This document shows, one piece after another, positions 28,286-39,338 of a stretch of 64,000 nt of DNA. The stretch comes from Mariprofundaceae bacterium (GTDB lineage: Bacteria; Pseudomonadota; Zetaproteobacteria; Mariprofundales; Mariprofundaceae). The position numbers and the translations under genes were made by a program. The notes beneath the pieces were generated by a model. It saw only the letters and a list, made by a program, of their open reading frames with translations, was not told where the DNA came from and searched no databases. Position 1 is the stretch's first letter; each line of letters begins with the position of its first letter. The stretch lies in the NCBI GenBank assembly GCA_030950985.1, contig JAUZQM010000041.1, positions 10,379-74,378 on the forward strand. Direction: 5' to 3'.

Positions 28286-29431
28286 ATGACCACTGCACAA
28301 TTGCTTATTTCTGATTCAGAACATCATGCAGATATGCTGTACATTTCTAAAATATTTGTGCCCGATGCTTTTATTGCTATTGGCTTGCAAGAAAATGGTG
28401 GCACAACATGGCATGGTTTATTATCACCTTTGGAAATTGGACGTGCTCAAAAAGAATCCAATTTTGACCATACGCATGTGGATACACCGTGGCGCAAGCA
28501 AGCGCATGAACAAGGTTGGCAAGCTTCCTTGGCAAGCATTGCAGCTGCCTTTTTACAAGCTCATCATGTAACCCATGTGATTGTACCTGGTGAATTTCCA
28601 TTGATGTATGCCGATACACTTCGAGACATTGGATTTCACGTTAGCGCACAACAGGGAACACTTTTTCCTCAACGAGCCATTAAATCCGACGAAGAAATCA
28701 AACACTTAGCTCATGCCGAAAAACTCACCAAACACTCGATGATGCAAGCTGAACAATTTCTTGCTGCTTGCAGTATTGGTTCGGATAAAATTTTACGTCA
28801 TCCTGATGATACACAACAAAAAGTAGAAGCCAAACATGTACGCGCCGCCATTGAAACATTCTTAATTGCCGAAGGCGCGATGCCTTCACATACCATTGTT
28901 GCGTGTGGTCAACAAGGCTGCGATCCACACAACATCGGTTCTGGTTTCATCTATGCTCACGAACCCATTATTATTGATATTTTTCCTCGCCTTCTGGATT
29001 CTGGCTATTGGGGAGATATGACACGCAGTTATGTGAAAGGCAAAGCTTCAATAGATATTAAAACGATGTACCAAACCGTTTTAGAAGGGCAAGATATTGG
29101 CTTACAACAAGTTTGTAGTGGTGCAAAGACGCGTGATATTCACCAGAGTATTCTGAATCACTTTGAGCAACAAGGTTTTCCAACTGGCATCAAAGATGGA
29201 CAACAACAAGGTTTCTTTCATGGAACAGGACATGGCGTTGGTTTAGACATCCATGAAGCTCCTCGTGTATCCTTATCGGATGATGTTTTACAATGCAAAC
29301 AAGTCGTTACCGTCGAACCAGGTTTGTATTACCCCAACCTTGGGGGCATACGTTTGGAAGATATGGTGGTCGTTCAAAAGCAAGGTTGCGATAACTTAAC
29401 CCAACATGAACGTATCCTTGAAATTGACTGA
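28286..29431 (+). CDS. M24 family metallopeptidase (Xaa-Pro peptidase-like)
   Basis: Pita-bread fold motifs 'IIDIFP...GYWGDMTR', 'HGTGHGVGLDIHEAP' and 'VTVEPGLY...GIRLEDMV'. Confidence 0.8.
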   Translation: MTTAQLLISDSEHHADMLYISKIFVPDAFIAIGLQENGGTTWHGLLSPLEIGRAQKESNFDHTHVDTPWRKQAHEQGWQASLASIAAAFLQAHHVTHVIVPGEFPLMYADTLRDIGFHVSAQQGTLFPQRAIKSDEEIKHLAHAEKLTKHSMMQAEQFLAACSIGSDKILRHPDDTQQKVEAKHVRAAIETFLIAEGAMPSHTIVACGQQGCDPHNIGSGFIYAHEPIIIDIFPRLLDSGYWGDMTRSYVKGKASIDIKTMYQTVLEGQDIGLQQVCSGAKTRDIHQSILNHFEQQGFPTGIKDGQQQGFFHGTGHGVGLDIHEAPRVSLSDDVLQCKQVVTVEPGLYYPNLGGIRLEDMVVVQKQGCDNLTQHERILEID

Positions 29432-29539
29432 TTTATTCTAACCCTAAACAACCCAAGATCATGTGAAAATCATCACTGCCATAACGGTTGAAATCAATGC
29501 AGTAATCACCCCAATTCTATTCTAAGGCAGGCAGCTAGC

Positions 29540-30409
29540 ATGAGCGATTTTTTAGAGTTATCCAATATCAACATTGTTACCAGAAGCTTACTTTCTGAAG
29601 ATGAATTCCCTATCTTAAAAGGTTTAAGCCCGTTAAATATCCGCATATTAAATGGATCTAGTCGCCTTTTAGAAGTTGATCAAGGGGTCGAAACACTGCA
29701 TAAGGGTGATAACCCTCGTGACTTGTATTTTATTCGTAAAGGCTGTGTATCCATTATCAATGATCATGGGCAACAACGTGACATTATCGCCAAGCTAGGT
29801 GCTAGAAATGTTTTTGGTGAATTTTCTATTCTAAGAAAAAAGCCGCGCTATGCTTCCGTTTATACCAATGAAGCCTCAGAAATTATTTGCATCAGTGCTC
29901 CTGCAGTTCATCAAGTTATCGAAGCAAATCAAGCGTTTAAAAACCGCTTACAAAGTCTTCTTTCACAACGTATGCTCAATAGTTTTTTATTTAAGCACCC
30001 TATTTTTCAGAAGTTACCAAAAAATTTACGGCTTCAATTTTCTAAAGATTTAAAAACAATATTCATGCCTGTCGATAGTCAATTGATTACCCAACACGAA
30101 GAGAATAAAGGTATTCTACTTATTTTATCTGGAAGCGTTGACATTTATCATAGCGACCATTCAGGAAAAGAACATTTAATTGAAATACGTCGTGATCATG
30201 ATGTCATTGGAGAACTCACTTTAAATCAAGGAAAGACTTCAGCTTACTCAGCTATTGCCTCCTCCGACTTAGATATTTTTCCATTAGACCATCAAACCAT
30301 GCTATACATTAAAAACAATCATCCAGAAACACTCAAACGTTTGGAAACTTATATTCATAAGCGTGCGCAATATACAGCTAAACGCCTCAGCGATAAAAGT
30401 TCAAAATAA
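29540..30409 (+). CDS. Protein with two cyclic-nucleotide-binding (CAP_ED) domains and no output domain
   Basis: Two repeats of the cNMP-binding pattern ('FGEFSILRKKPRYASVYT', 'IGELTLNQGKTSAYSAIA'). No HTH or enzymatic domain is recognisable. Confidence 0.7.
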   Translation: MSDFLELSNINIVTRSLLSEDEFPILKGLSPLNIRILNGSSRLLEVDQGVETLHKGDNPRDLYFIRKGCVSIINDHGQQRDIIAKLGARNVFGEFSILRKKPRYASVYTNEASEIICISAPAVHQVIEANQAFKNRLQSLLSQRMLNSFLFKHPIFQKLPKNLRLQFSKDLKTIFMPVDSQLITQHEENKGILLILSGSVDIYHSDHSGKEHLIEIRRDHDVIGELTLNQGKTSAYSAIASSDLDIFPLDHQTMLYIKNNHPETLKRLETYIHKRAQYTAKRLSDKSSK

Positions 30410-31321
30410 CTATTTTAAAGCTTTGAGACCACCTAAACGCCATAAAATAAAAGCCCCCGGAAGTGCTGCTAAACTTAACACAATAATCCAAAGTGCTGCC
30501 ATAGCAGTCGCACTTTCAGAGTTTCCTCCAAAATACACTGCAAAACTGACATAACCAGCTTCACGAATACCAAATCCATTCAGAGAAATTGGTAATGTTG
30601 CAACCAAAGCCACCAAACCAACCATGATTGAAATCGCAGCCCAGTTCATCTCCAAACCAACTCCCATCGCTAAAAAAAAATGGGCTTGAACAACCATCAC
30701 TTGAAACACAAAAGATATGGGTAAACTTTTCCACCACATCCGTTGAAACATACGACTATTCAACGGAAGTTCCTTTATTTTATGAAAAAATTCAGGTAAA
30801 TGTGTATGAATCCAAGGATATAATAATAATCCAATCCACATAGTCACTAATAATAACAACCAGCTCACCCACCATACCATCGGCCATGAGAAAAAGAGCA
30901 TAGAAATCGTTAATAAAACAATTAAGGCATACATACCATTTAAACGATCTAAAATAACACTTGCAGCTGCCAGTAAACCCAAACCTTGCCTACCTTCACC
31001 TTTCGCCAATAAAACGCCTCGTACCACATCACCACCAATGGTTGAAGGTAAAAATAAACTTGTAAACATGCCTAAAAAATACAGCCGAATTTTCCGTTTA
31101 TGTGAGATATGAATACCCAAGCCTTGTGCCATCCAAGCCCAACGCAAACCACATAATATATAACCAACAACAATACATAACCACGATGCCAGTAAATACC
31201 ACAGATTGATAGCCAGCATCTGCTTCCAAACCATCTGCACATCTACATAATAAAAAACCGCATATAATAAGGACAAGGTTAATATAATTTTAAATAACAA
31301 CATTCCATGTTTCATAAGCAT
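30410..31321 (-). CDS. UPF0104 / lysylphosphatidylglycerol-synthase-TM-like ('flippase-like') membrane protein
   Basis: Polytopic protein with 'LFLPSTIGGDVVRG' and 'LPISLNGFGIREA' motifs of the LPG_synthase_TM family. A start at 31321 or 31315 is preferred, because the first 15 ORF codons overlap the rplQ terminator hairpin. Confidence 0.6.
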   Translation of the reverse strand: MLMKHGMLLFKIILTLSLLYAVFYYVDVQMVWKQMLAINLWYLLASWLCIVVGYILCGLRWAWMAQGLGIHISHKRKIRLYFLGMFTSLFLPSTIGGDVVRGVLLAKGEGRQGLGLLAAASVILDRLNGMYALIVLLTISMLFFSWPMVWWVSWLLLLVTMWIGLLLYPWIHTHLPEFFHKIKELPLNSRMFQRMWWKSLPISFVFQVMVVQAHFFLAMGVGLEMNWAAISIMVGLVALVATLPISLNGFGIREAGYVSFAVYFGGNSESATAMAALWIIVLSLAALPGAFILWRLGGLKALK

Positions 31322-31351
31322 TATAGTCACCCTATCTAAGTCTAAAACAAA

Positions 31352-31382
31352 AAAAGGCCGCAACAAGTGCGACCTTTTTTTA
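31352..31382 (-). terminator. Rho-independent (bidirectional-looking) terminator after rplQ
   Basis: The stem GGCCGCA/TGCGACC (one mismatch) is flanked by an A-run and a T-run. On the minus strand it follows the rplQ stop by about 20 nt and ends in a T-run. Confidence 0.5.
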
Positions 31383-31402
31383 TTTCAATATCTATAAAGA
31401 AA

Positions 31403-31789
31403 TTAACCTTCTTGTGAAGATTCAACCTCAACGGCTTGATCAACCAGTTCAACAACAGCCATTGGTGCAGCATCACCATTACGAAAACCTGTTTTCACCA
31501 TGCGTGTATAACCACCACAGCGTTCTGCAGATGCTTTTGCAATATCATCAAACAAACGGTCAACGATTGGACGATGTTTTAACTTTGCCAAAACCTGACG
31601 ACGTGAATGTAAGTCACCACGTTTAGCAAGTGTAATTAACTTCTCAACATAAGGACGCATAGCACGTGCTTTTGGTTCTGTTGTTTCAATACGACCATGG
31701 GTAATCAGTGCTGTTGCTAAATTAGCAAGTAATGCACGACGGTGACCTGTAGGACGGTTTAAACCGCCATGATGTTTACGATGTCTCAT
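31403..31789 (-). CDS. rplQ: 50S ribosomal protein L17
   Basis: '[24 protein letters not shown]', positioned after rpoA. Confidence 0.95.
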   Translation of the reverse strand: MRHRKHHGGLNRPTGHRRALLANLATALITHGRIETTEPKARAMRPYVEKLITLAKRGDLHSRRQVLAKLKHRPIVDRLFDDIAKASAERCGGYTRMVKTGFRNGDAAPMAVVELVDQAVEVESSQEG

Positions 31790-31821
31790 CGGTATTCCCT
31801 CTTAAATATCTAAATAAAGCA

Positions 31822-32796
31822 TTAAGCTTCGATAGCTTCGTCTTCTTGTGGTGGCCAGTTCTCTAACTCCATGCCTAAAGACAGATCCATATTTTCCAAT
31901 ACTTCTTTAATCTCATTCAAGGACTTACGACCAAAATTAGGGGTACGCAACATTTCTTGCTCAGTCCTGAGAACCAAATCACCAACACGGAAAATATCAT
32001 CACTCTTCAAACAATTCATTGAACGTACTGATAAATCTAAGTAATCAATCGGCTGCGATAATACATCTTCAATACCTTCATCAACAACTTCTTCAGAAGG
32101 TACTGTTTCGAGTGCTGTAAAATCAGAAAAAACAATCAATTGATCTTGAATGATTTCCGCCGCTTTTCCAATCGCATCTTCTGGTGCGATCGATCCATTC
32201 GTTTCCACTTCAAGAATTAACTTGTCATAATTCGTTTTTTGACTTACACGCGCATTTTCAACACGTGTTGCAACACGACGAACCGGTGAATAAGAAGCAT
32301 CAAGCATTAAAAATCCCAAAGGACGATCATCATCTGATCGTTCTTGTGCAGGATCATAACCAAGACCTTTTTCTACAATGGCTTCAAAATTCAGTGCAGC
32401 GTCAGCATTTAAATGTGCTAATACAAGCTCTGGATTAAGAATACGAATACCTGTAGGACAATCAATATCGCCAGCAGTTACAACGCCTTCACCAGAGAAG
32501 GATAAGTTCACCCGCTCAGCTTCATCATTGTCCATAGCAATATCAATTTCTTTCATTGCCAACATGATATCCATCACATCTTCACGAACACCTTTGATTG
32601 TATCAAACTCATGCGTTACACCTTCAAAACAAACCGATGTAACCGCAGATCCTTGCAAGGATGATAAAAGCATACGGCGCAAACTATTACCAAGAGTTGT
32701 TCCATAACCGCGCTCTAGCGGTTCAAAAGTAATCTTCGCGGAACGTCCTGGAACAATCTCTTCAAGCGAGATTGAACGTGGCTTAATCAATTCCAT
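31822..32796 (-). CDS. rpoA: DNA-directed RNA polymerase alpha subunit
   Basis: 324 aa. '[17 protein letters not shown]' and alpha-CTD '[10 protein letters not shown]'. Confidence 0.95.
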   Translation of the reverse strand: MELIKPRSISLEEIVPGRSAKITFEPLERGYGTTLGNSLRRMLLSSLQGSAVTSVCFEGVTHEFDTIKGVREDVMDIMLAMKEIDIAMDNDEAERVNLSFSGEGVVTAGDIDCPTGIRILNPELVLAHLNADAALNFEAIVEKGLGYDPAQERSDDDRPLGFLMLDASYSPVRRVATRVENARVSQKTNYDKLILEVETNGSIAPEDAIGKAAEIIQDQLIVFSDFTALETVPSEEVVDEGIEDVLSQPIDYLDLSVRSMNCLKSDDIFRVGDLVLRTEQEMLRTPNFGRKSLNEIKEVLENMDLSLGMELENWPPQEDEAIEA

Positions 32797-32813
32797 AAAC
32801 TCAACCTCACTAA

Positions 32814-33443
32814 TTATTTGGAGTACAATTCAACAATCAACTGTTCGCGAATATTCGGATCCAATTGATCACGCGTTGGTAATTCACGATATACGCCTGC
32901 GAATGTTGTTAAATCCATATCTAACCATTCTGGTAAACCACGTTGACCTGCATTTTCACTTGCAGACTTAATGCGTAAATGTTCTTTTGCTGTATCAACA
33001 ATGGCAATTTGGTCACCAAGACGCACACGGTAGGAAGGAATATTCAAAATACGTCCCTTCACTGCAACCAATTTATGGCGAACAATTTGACGTGCTTCTG
33101 TACGGGAAGCTGCCAAGCCCATCCGATATACCACATTATCCAAACGAGATTCCAACAATTGCAATAAATTCAAGCCAGTCACACCAGGCATTTTATCGGC
33201 AATTTTAAAATAACGTAAAAATTGTTTTTCTTGCAAACCGTAAATACGTTTTACTTTTTGTTTTTCGCGCAACTGAATACCATAATTTGATACTTTAACG
33301 CGACGACCTTGACCATGCATACCTGGTGCATAAGGGCGACGTTCAATTGGACACTTATCAGAATAGCACTTGCCACCCTTTAAGTATAATTTTTCACCTT
33401 CACGACGACATAAGCGGCACTTAGCATCTAAATAACGAGCCAT
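32814..33443 (-). CDS. rpsD: 30S ribosomal protein S4 (four-Cys, zinc-type N-terminus)
   Basis: '[31 protein letters not shown]' and '[12 protein letters not shown]'. Confidence 0.95.
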   Translation of the reverse strand: MARYLDAKCRLCRREGEKLYLKGGKCYSDKCPIERRPYAPGMHGQGRRVKVSNYGIQLREKQKVKRIYGLQEKQFLRYFKIADKMPGVTGLNLLQLLESRLDNVVYRMGLAASRTEARQIVRHKLVAVKGRILNIPSYRVRLGDQIAIVDTAKEHLRIKSASENAGQRGLPEWLDMDLTTFAGVYRELPTRDQLDPNIREQLIVELYSK

Positions 33444-33454
33444 CTTCTAAACTC

Positions 33455-33841
33455 CTAAACCCGGCGTCGCTTCGGAGGGCGACAACCATTATGCGGACTG
33501 GGTGTAACATCACGAATAGCAACCACATTCAAACCAACCGCAGCAATTGCACGCAATGCAGATTCACGACCCGAACCTGGTCCTTTAATCAGCACTGAAA
33601 CATTCTTTACGCCATGATCCATCGCTTTGCGTGCAGCTTCTTCAGCAGCAATTTGCGCTGCAAAAGGTGTGCTCTTACGAGAACCTTTAAAACCTGATGC
33701 GCCACTAGTAGCCCAACTGATTGCATTGCCTGCTTCATCGGTAAATGTAATAATTGTATTGTTAAAAGAAGCTTTAATGTGCGCTACAGCGCTTGCAATA
33801 TTCTTGCGAACACGCTTCTTACCTGTTTTTGGTGCAGCCAT
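33455..33841 (-). CDS. rpsK: 30S ribosomal protein S11
   Basis: '[16 protein letters not shown]', '[14 protein letters not shown]' and the C-terminal '[13 protein letters not shown]'. Confidence 0.95.
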   Translation of the reverse strand: MAAPKTGKKRVRKNIASAVAHIKASFNNTIITFTDEAGNAISWATSGASGFKGSRKSTPFAAQIAAEEAARKAMDHGVKNVSVLIKGPGSGRESALRAIAAVGLNVVAIRDVTPSPHNGCRPPKRRRV

Positions 33842-33862
33842 GATACTATCCCTTAACCTTGT

Positions 33863-34234
33863 TTACTTCTTCTTGCCAGCAATGGCACGACGTGGACCTT
33901 TGCATGTACGTGCATTTGTCTTGGTCTTTTGACCACGTGATGGAAGACCATGACGATGGCGTAAACCACGATAACAACCTAAATCTGTCAATCGTTTAAT
34001 ATCCATCGTCTTTTCACGACGTAAGTCACCCTCTACAGTATAATTATCTGTATTGATGATATTACGAATATTATCGACTTCAGAATCAGTCAAGTCCTTC
34101 ACACGTGTATTTGGATCAATTTTTGCTTCTGCAAGAATTTTCTTAGAATTGCTTAAGCCGATACCAAAAATATACGTCAAAGAAATTTCTACACGTTTCT
34201 GTGTTGGAATATTTACCCCAGAAATACGAGCCAA
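33863..34234 (-). CDS. rpsM: 30S ribosomal protein S13
   Basis: '[10 protein letters not shown]' and '[23 protein letters not shown]'. Confidence 0.95.
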   Translation of the reverse strand: MARISGVNIPTQKRVEISLTYIFGIGLSNSKKILAEAKIDPNTRVKDLTDSEVDNIRNIINTDNYTVEGDLRREKTMDIKRLTDLGCYRGLRHRHGLPSRGQKTKTNARTCKGPRRAIAGKKK

Positions 34235-34265
34235 TGCTTCCTCCTACCTAACTACTAACAACATA

Positions 34266-34379
34266 TCAGCCTTGACGCTGCTTATGCCTTGGATTTTCAC
34301 AGATAACGCGAACAATTCCCTTACGGCGAATCACTTGACATTTACTGCACATTTTTTTTACTGACGCACGAACTTTCAT
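34266..34379 (-). CDS. rpmJ: 50S ribosomal protein L36
   Basis: Absent from the ORF track because it is under 60 aa. The minus strand translates to [37 protein letters not shown]. Confidence 0.9.
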   Translation of the reverse strand: MKVRASVKKMCSKCQVIRRKGIVRVICENPRHKQRQG

Positions 34380-34422
34380 TGTTCATTCCTCCGTCAAAAT
34401 ATTCATGGTTAAAACCATGTTA

Positions 34423-34641
34423 TCACTTTGCACGGTAACTAATGCGACCGCGACTTAAATCATAAGGAGAAATTTCCACTGTAACTTTATCACCAGGTAA
34501 GATTCGAATATAATACTTTCGCATCTTACCTGAAATGGTACATAACAGTTCATGGCTATTTTCCAAACGAACTTTAAACATTGCATTAGGAAGCTTTTCA
34601 ATCACTTCCCCTGACATTTCAATAATATCTTCTTTTGCCAT
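34423..34641 (-). CDS. infA: Translation initiation factor IF-1
   Basis: 72 aa. '[53 protein letters not shown]'. Confidence 0.95.
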   Translation of the reverse strand: MAKEDIIEMSGEVIEKLPNAMFKVRLENSHELLCTISGKMRKYYIRILPGDKVTVEISPYDLSRGRISYRAK

Positions 34642-34645
34642 TTCT

Positions 34646-35290
34646 CTAGCCTTGTACTGACTTTTCTAGTGTATGAAAAACTTCACCCATACTTTTTGTT
34701 GCATCCACTTTAGAAAAGACATCTAAATCAGAATAAAAATCTAACAAAGGCTGCGTCTCCTTAAGATATACTTTAAGACGCTTCTCAATCACATCTTTAC
34801 GATCATCATCACGTTGATACAACTCACTACCACAACGATCACAACAACCATCTTTTTCGGGCGGCGAATATTGCCTATGAAATCCAAAACCGCAACCTTT
34901 ACAAATCAATCGACCTGATAAACGTTCAATCAAGCATGTTTCTTCCGCTTCCATAAAGATAACATGATCAATATTCAGCTCATGTTTCAATAACATTGCA
35001 TTCAAAGCCGTCGCTTGGGCAACATTTCTAGGAAAACCATCCAATAAAAAACCATTGGAGACATCTTTAGAAATAATACGCTCTTCAATCATGCCAATCA
35101 CAACATCATCAGGGACAAGTTTTCCAGCATCCATATAAGATCTAGCCTGAACACCAAGTTCACTCTTATCTTTCACAGCTTTTCTTAACAAATCGCCCAT
35201 CGCCAAATGAACAATAGAAAATCTTTCTGCTAAACGAACACCTTGTGTGCCTTTGCCTACACCTGGAGGACCAAATAAAACAATATTCAT
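34646..35290 (-). CDS. adk: Adenylate kinase (Cys4 zinc-lid type)
   Basis: '[16 protein letters not shown]' and 'GFLLDGFPR'. The lid carries 'CKGC...CDRC'. Confidence 0.95.
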   Translation of the reverse strand: MNIVLFGPPGVGKGTQGVRLAERFSIVHLAMGDLLRKAVKDKSELGVQARSYMDAGKLVPDDVVIGMIEERIISKDVSNGFLLDGFPRNVAQATALNAMLLKHELNIDHVIFMEAEETCLIERLSGRLICKGCGFGFHRQYSPPEKDGCCDRCGSELYQRDDDRKDVIEKRLKVYLKETQPLLDFYSDLDVFSKVDATKSMGEVFHTLEKSVQG

Positions 35291-35291
35291 A

Positions 35292-36623
35292 TCAACGCCT
35301 TGTTTTCAAACGAGCTTGTTTCATTAAGCCTTCATATTGATGAGACATCAAATGCGATTGAATTTGTGTCATCGTATCCATACTGACCACAACAATAATC
35401 AACAAGCTTGTACCACCAAAATAAAATGGCACCGATAACTCAGAAATTAACCACTGAGGCAACAAACAAACAGCCGTCACATAAGCAGCGCCAACGACCG
35501 TGATTCGCGTCAAAACCTTATCGATATATTCTGATGTTTTTTGCCCTGGTTTAATCCCAGGAATAAAACCACCATTTTTCTTCAAGTTATCCGCAGTATC
35601 TTTTGGGTTGAATACAATTGCCGTATAAAAGAAACAAAAGAAAACAATAAGCCCAGTAAATAATGCCATATATAACCATGCGCCTGGCGATAGCAAAGCT
35701 GAAATATCTGACAACCAAGAAAACCCTTCAACACCCTTTGTAAATTGAGCAAAGGTTGCAGGAAGAAGAATTAAGCTCGATGCAAAAATCGGTGGAATCA
35801 CACCCGCTGTATTCACTTTTAAGGGTAAAAATGACGACTGACCACCAAACATTTTATTACCAACTTGTCGCTTTGCATACTGTATGGTAATACGACGCTG
35901 AGATCGCTCAAACCAAACCACAGCAGCTGTCACAGCTACAGCCATCACAAACAAACCAAGCACAGTAAATGCCGAGTACTCACCCGTCCTTGCTAACTCA
36001 AGTGTTCCGCCAATTGCCGCAGGTAATCCTGCAACAATACCAGAGAAAATAATCAATGAAATACCATTACCGATACCACGTTCAGTAATTTGTTCACCCA
36101 ACCACATTAAAAACATGGTACCTGTAACCAAAGTCACAACCGTCATAAAACGGAATTCCATACCTGGATCAATCACAACAGTCTGACCATTCACTGAGAA
36201 TGTTTCCAAACCAATTGACATCCCAATCCCTTGAAAAACAGCCAGAAAAAGTGTTCCATAACGTGTATATTGCGTTATTTTTCGACGACCTGACTCACCT
36301 TCTTTTTTCAATTGTTCCAATTTAGGTGAAACCACTGTCATCAATTGAATAATAATTGATGCCGAAATATATGGCATAATACCTAAGGCAAAAATCGTCA
36401 ACCTAGATAATGCTCCACCAGAAAACATATCAAACAAACCCAATAGGCTTCCCTGAGCCTGATTGAAAAATTGTGCAAGCACATGCGCATCAATACCAGG
36501 AACAGGAACATGTGCTCCTAGGCGATACACAATCAACATACTCAATGTAAATAAAATACGATTTTTCAGCTCTGGTATTTTCCCTATACTACCGAGTCCA
36601 CCCATTTGAGGGGCTTGCTGCAT
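35292..36623 (-). CDS. secY: Preprotein translocase subunit SecY
   Basis: Start is taken at the ATG at 36623 ([12 protein letters not shown]...[10 protein letters not shown]), just after the rplO stop. The ORF-track start would overlap rplO. '[14 protein letters not shown]' is present. Confidence 0.95.
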   Translation of the reverse strand: MQQAPQMGGLGSIGKIPELKNRILFTLSMLIVYRLGAHVPVPGIDAHVLAQFFNQAQGSLLGLFDMFSGGALSRLTIFALGIMPYISASIIIQLMTVVSPKLEQLKKEGESGRRKITQYTRYGTLFLAVFQGIGMSIGLETFSVNGQTVVIDPGMEFRFMTVVTLVTGTMFLMWLGEQITERGIGNGISLIIFSGIVAGLPAAIGGTLELARTGEYSAFTVLGLFVMAVAVTAAVVWFERSQRRITIQYAKRQVGNKMFGGQSSFLPLKVNTAGVIPPIFASSLILLPATFAQFTKGVEGFSWLSDISALLSPGAWLYMALFTGLIVFFCFFYTAIVFNPKDTADNLKKNGGFIPGIKPGQKTSEYIDKVLTRITVVGAAYVTAVCLLPQWLISELSVPFYFGGTSLLIIVVVSMDTMTQIQSHLMSHQYEGLMKQARLKTRR

Positions 36624-36627
36624 TGAA

Positions 36628-37074
36628 CTATGCCTCAGCCAAGTTAACCGAACCACCTACGGCTTCAACTTTAGAGATAGCAGTTTTAGATACCGCTGAA
36701 ACATGAATTTGTAAATTCACAGAAATATCACCTGATGCCAATAATTTAATGGGATCAACAGCATTACGAGTAAAACCCGCCGCATACAATGCAGCTGCAT
36801 CGACAACAGAATTTGCTTCAAAATTTGCCAATTGTTCAAGGTTTACCAATTGATACTCTTTCCTAGACAATGGTGTAAAACCGCGCTTTGGAAGGCGACG
36901 AATCAAAGGCATTTGACCACCTTCAAAACCACGCATGACTTTACCACCAGAACGAGACTTTTGACCTTTATGTCCACGCCCTGCTGTTTTACCATGTCCA
37001 GAACCAATACCACAACCAACACGGCGACGTTCTTTCCGAGAGCCGGAGCTTGCTTGAATTGTATTGAGTTTCAT
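36628..37074 (-). CDS. rplO: 50S ribosomal protein L15
   Basis: '[43 protein letters not shown]'. Confidence 0.95.
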   Translation of the reverse strand: MKLNTIQASSGSRKERRRVGCGIGSGHGKTAGRGHKGQKSRSGGKVMRGFEGGQMPLIRRLPKRGFTPLSRKEYQLVNLEQLANFEANSVVDAAALYAAGFTRNAVDPIKLLASGDISVNLQIHVSAVSKTAISKVEAVGGSVNLAEA

Positions 37075-37091
37075 AACTTTTATCCCCCCGC

Positions 37092-37283
37092 TTATTGCGC
37101 AGACTCAACCACAATTAAATGGTTGATTTTATTTATCATGCCGCGAACCGATGCTGTATCTTCCAACTCAACAACTTGGTGCATTCGGCAAATCCCAAGA
37201 CCAACCAATGTCGATCTCTGATCTTTAGGGTATCCAATACCACTTTTTACTTGGCGGATACGAACCACATTACTATTAGACAT
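37092..37283 (-). CDS. rpmD: 50S ribosomal protein L30
   Basis: 63 aa. 'VRIRQVKSGIGYPKDQRSTLVGLGI', located between rpsE and rplO. Confidence 0.9.
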   Translation of the reverse strand: MSNSNVVRIRQVKSGIGYPKDQRSTLVGLGICRMHQVVELEDTASVRGMINKINHLIVVESAQ

Positions 37284-37312
37284 TTAACAGCTCCTGTTTC
37301 TTATGCCGAATC

Positions 37313-37792
37313 TCAAGATTTATCGCGACGAGCTGCGATTTGCTCAGGGCTTTCCAATGATTTCAAACCATTAAAAATCGCACGAATTACATTGACAGCA
37401 TTACGAGAACCTTGACTTTTTGTCAAAACATCACGAATACCTGCCGCTTCCATCACTGCACGAACTGTCGAACCAGCAATCACGCCCGTACCTTCAGTAG
37501 CAGGCTTAAGCATCACACGTGAAGCATCTTGACGACCTGTCACTTGATAATGCAATGTGCCATTTTTCAATGGAACATAAATCATTGATTTACGTGCGAT
37601 ATCATTCGCTTTACGAATAGCTTCTGGAACTTCCTTGGCTTTTGCATGACCAAAACCAACATGCCCAGCACCATCACCTACAACCATCAATGCCGAAAAA
37701 CTCATGCGACGACCGCCAGATGTTGTTTTTGCAATACGGTTAATATCAACAAGCTTTTCTGTTAACTCTAATTCATCAGCGTTAATCATCAA
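37313..37792 (-). CDS. rpsE: 30S ribosomal protein S5
   Basis: 'KLVDINRIAKTTSGGRRMSFSALMVVGDGAGHVGFGHAKAKEVPEAIRKA'. Confidence 0.95.
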   Translation of the reverse strand: MMINADELELTEKLVDINRIAKTTSGGRRMSFSALMVVGDGAGHVGFGHAKAKEVPEAIRKANDIARKSMIYVPLKNGTLHYQVTGRQDASRVMLKPATEGTGVIAGSTVRAVMEAAGIRDVLTKSQGSRNAVNVIRAIFNGLKSLESPEQIAARRDKS

Positions 37793-37798
37793 ATTCTC

Positions 37799-38152
37799 CT
37801 AGAACTTCAAGCCAGATGAACGAGCACCTTCAGCCAACGCTTTCACACGTCCATGATATGGATATGAACCGCGATCAAATGCCACAACACTTAAGCCAGC
37901 AGCAACGGCGCGTTCACCCAATAATTTACCAACATTTTCTGCGCCAGAAGCATTACCACCATTATCAATGGTTTGATCTAAGCTTGATGCAGAAACTAAA
38001 GTTTCACCTTTTGCATCATCAATCACTTGGGCGTAAATATGACGTGCTGAGCGAAAAACGCTCAAACGTAAACGACCTGAGGCTTTAATGCGTGAACGAA
38101 CACGACGTGAGCGACGAATCGCAGCATTATTTTCATAGCGCTTTGCAGACAT
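37799..38152 (-). CDS. rplR: 50S ribosomal protein L18
   Basis: '[11 protein letters not shown]...[16 protein letters not shown]' and '[20 protein letters not shown]'. Confidence 0.95.
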   Translation of the reverse strand: MSAKRYENNAAIRRSRRVRSRIKASGRLRLSVFRSARHIYAQVIDDAKGETLVSASSLDQTIDNGGNASGAENVGKLLGERAVAAGLSVVAFDRGSYPYHGRVKALAEGARSSGLKF

Positions 38153-38182
38153 GCTACTAATCTCCTAACTTGGCAAGGCTCA

Positions 38183-38716
38183 TTAAGCCTTTTTACCTTC
38201 TTTCATAGCGATATATTCGCCAACATAACGAACGCCTTTACCTTTATAAGGTTCAGGAGGGCGGTAAGCACGAATTTCTGCGGCAACCTGCCCAACACGC
38301 TGTTTATCAACACCACTGATAGTAATCAGGCTTTTATCAATTTTAGCATCAACACCAGCAGGCACATTATATACAACAGGATGTGAAAACCCCAAAGACA
38401 AGTTCAATTTCTGACCTTGTACTTGAGCTCTGTAACCCACACCACGTAATTCTAGTACTTTTTCAAAACCCTTGGTTACACCAAGCACATTATTTGCAGC
38501 CAATGCACGAGCTAAACCAAAGTTACCATTCATTTTCTTGTTTGAAACATCTTCACAAGAAATTTGCAAGGTAGCATTATCAAAAGAAGCACTTATGCCT
38601 TTAAATAAAGGTGAACTCAATTCACCTTTAGAACCTTTAACAATAATACAGTCATTATTAATTTTTACGTCTACACCATTTGGAATGGCAATAGGCTGTT
38701 TACCAACTCGAGACAT
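38183..38716 (-). CDS. rplF: 50S ribosomal protein L6
   Basis: 'MSRVGKQPIAIPNGVDV' and 'YRPPEPYKGKGVRY'. Confidence 0.95.
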   Translation of the reverse strand: MSRVGKQPIAIPNGVDVKINNDCIIVKGSKGELSSPLFKGISASFDNATLQISCEDVSNKKMNGNFGLARALAANNVLGVTKGFEKVLELRGVGYRAQVQGQKLNLSLGFSHPVVYNVPAGVDAKIDKSLITISGVDKQRVGQVAAEIRAYRPPEPYKGKGVRYVGEYIAMKEGKKA

Positions 38717-38728
38717 CTTAAACCTACC

Positions 38729-39124
38729 TTAAAATACTGTGCAAAGAACTTCGCCACCAACGCGTTCTGCACGAGCCTTCTTATCTGTCATAATACCTTT
38801 AGAAGTACTCACAACAGCAATACCATAACCATTACGAACGCGTGGTAATGTATCAGCATTGCTATATACACGGCGTCCAGGTTTAGAAACACGTTTAATT
38901 TCGCGAATCACAGCATCACCAGCATCATCATAACGTAATGTTAAACGTAAATAACGCTGACCTTTAAAATTATATGCTTTTGCACTTGCAATATAACCTT
39001 CATCACGAAGAATATTTGCCAATGAAATCAACATATTACTTGCTGGAAGTTCAACTTTTTCAATGCCTACTTGTTGTGCGTTACGAATACGCGTCAACAT
39101 ATCAGCGATACGATCTGTCATCAT
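38729..39124 (-). CDS. rpsH: 30S ribosomal protein S8
   Basis: Start is taken at 'MMTDRIADMLTRIRNA' (131 aa). The longer ORF-track version runs into rpsN. Confidence 0.95.
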   Translation of the reverse strand: MMTDRIADMLTRIRNAQQVGIEKVELPASNMLISLANILRDEGYIASAKAYNFKGQRYLRLTLRYDDAGDAVIREIKRVSKPGRRVYSNADTLPRVRNGYGIAVVSTSKGIMTDKKARAERVGGEVLCTVF

Positions 39125-39143
39125 AATGGAATCTCCTATCGCC

Positions 39144-39329
39144 TTACCAGCTAGATTTAACCATGCCTGGGATTTCACCCGCCGAGGCATGTTTACGCAA
39201 ACAAATACGACACATGCCGAATTTGCGATATACAGAATGTGGGCGACCACACAACTGACAACGTGTATAAGCACGTACTTTAAATTTTGGTTTGCGATTA
39301 CATTTCGCAATCAGAGCCTTTGTAGCCAT
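39144..39329 (-). CDS. rpsN: 30S ribosomal protein S14, short zinc-binding type Z
   Basis: 61 aa. '[22 protein letters not shown]' (CxxC...CxxC), ending in 'VKSSW'. Confidence 0.95.
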   Translation of the reverse strand: MATKALIAKCNRKPKFKVRAYTRCQLCGRPHSVYRKFGMCRICLRKHASAGEIPGMVKSSW

Positions 39330-39338
39330 GTTTGCCCC

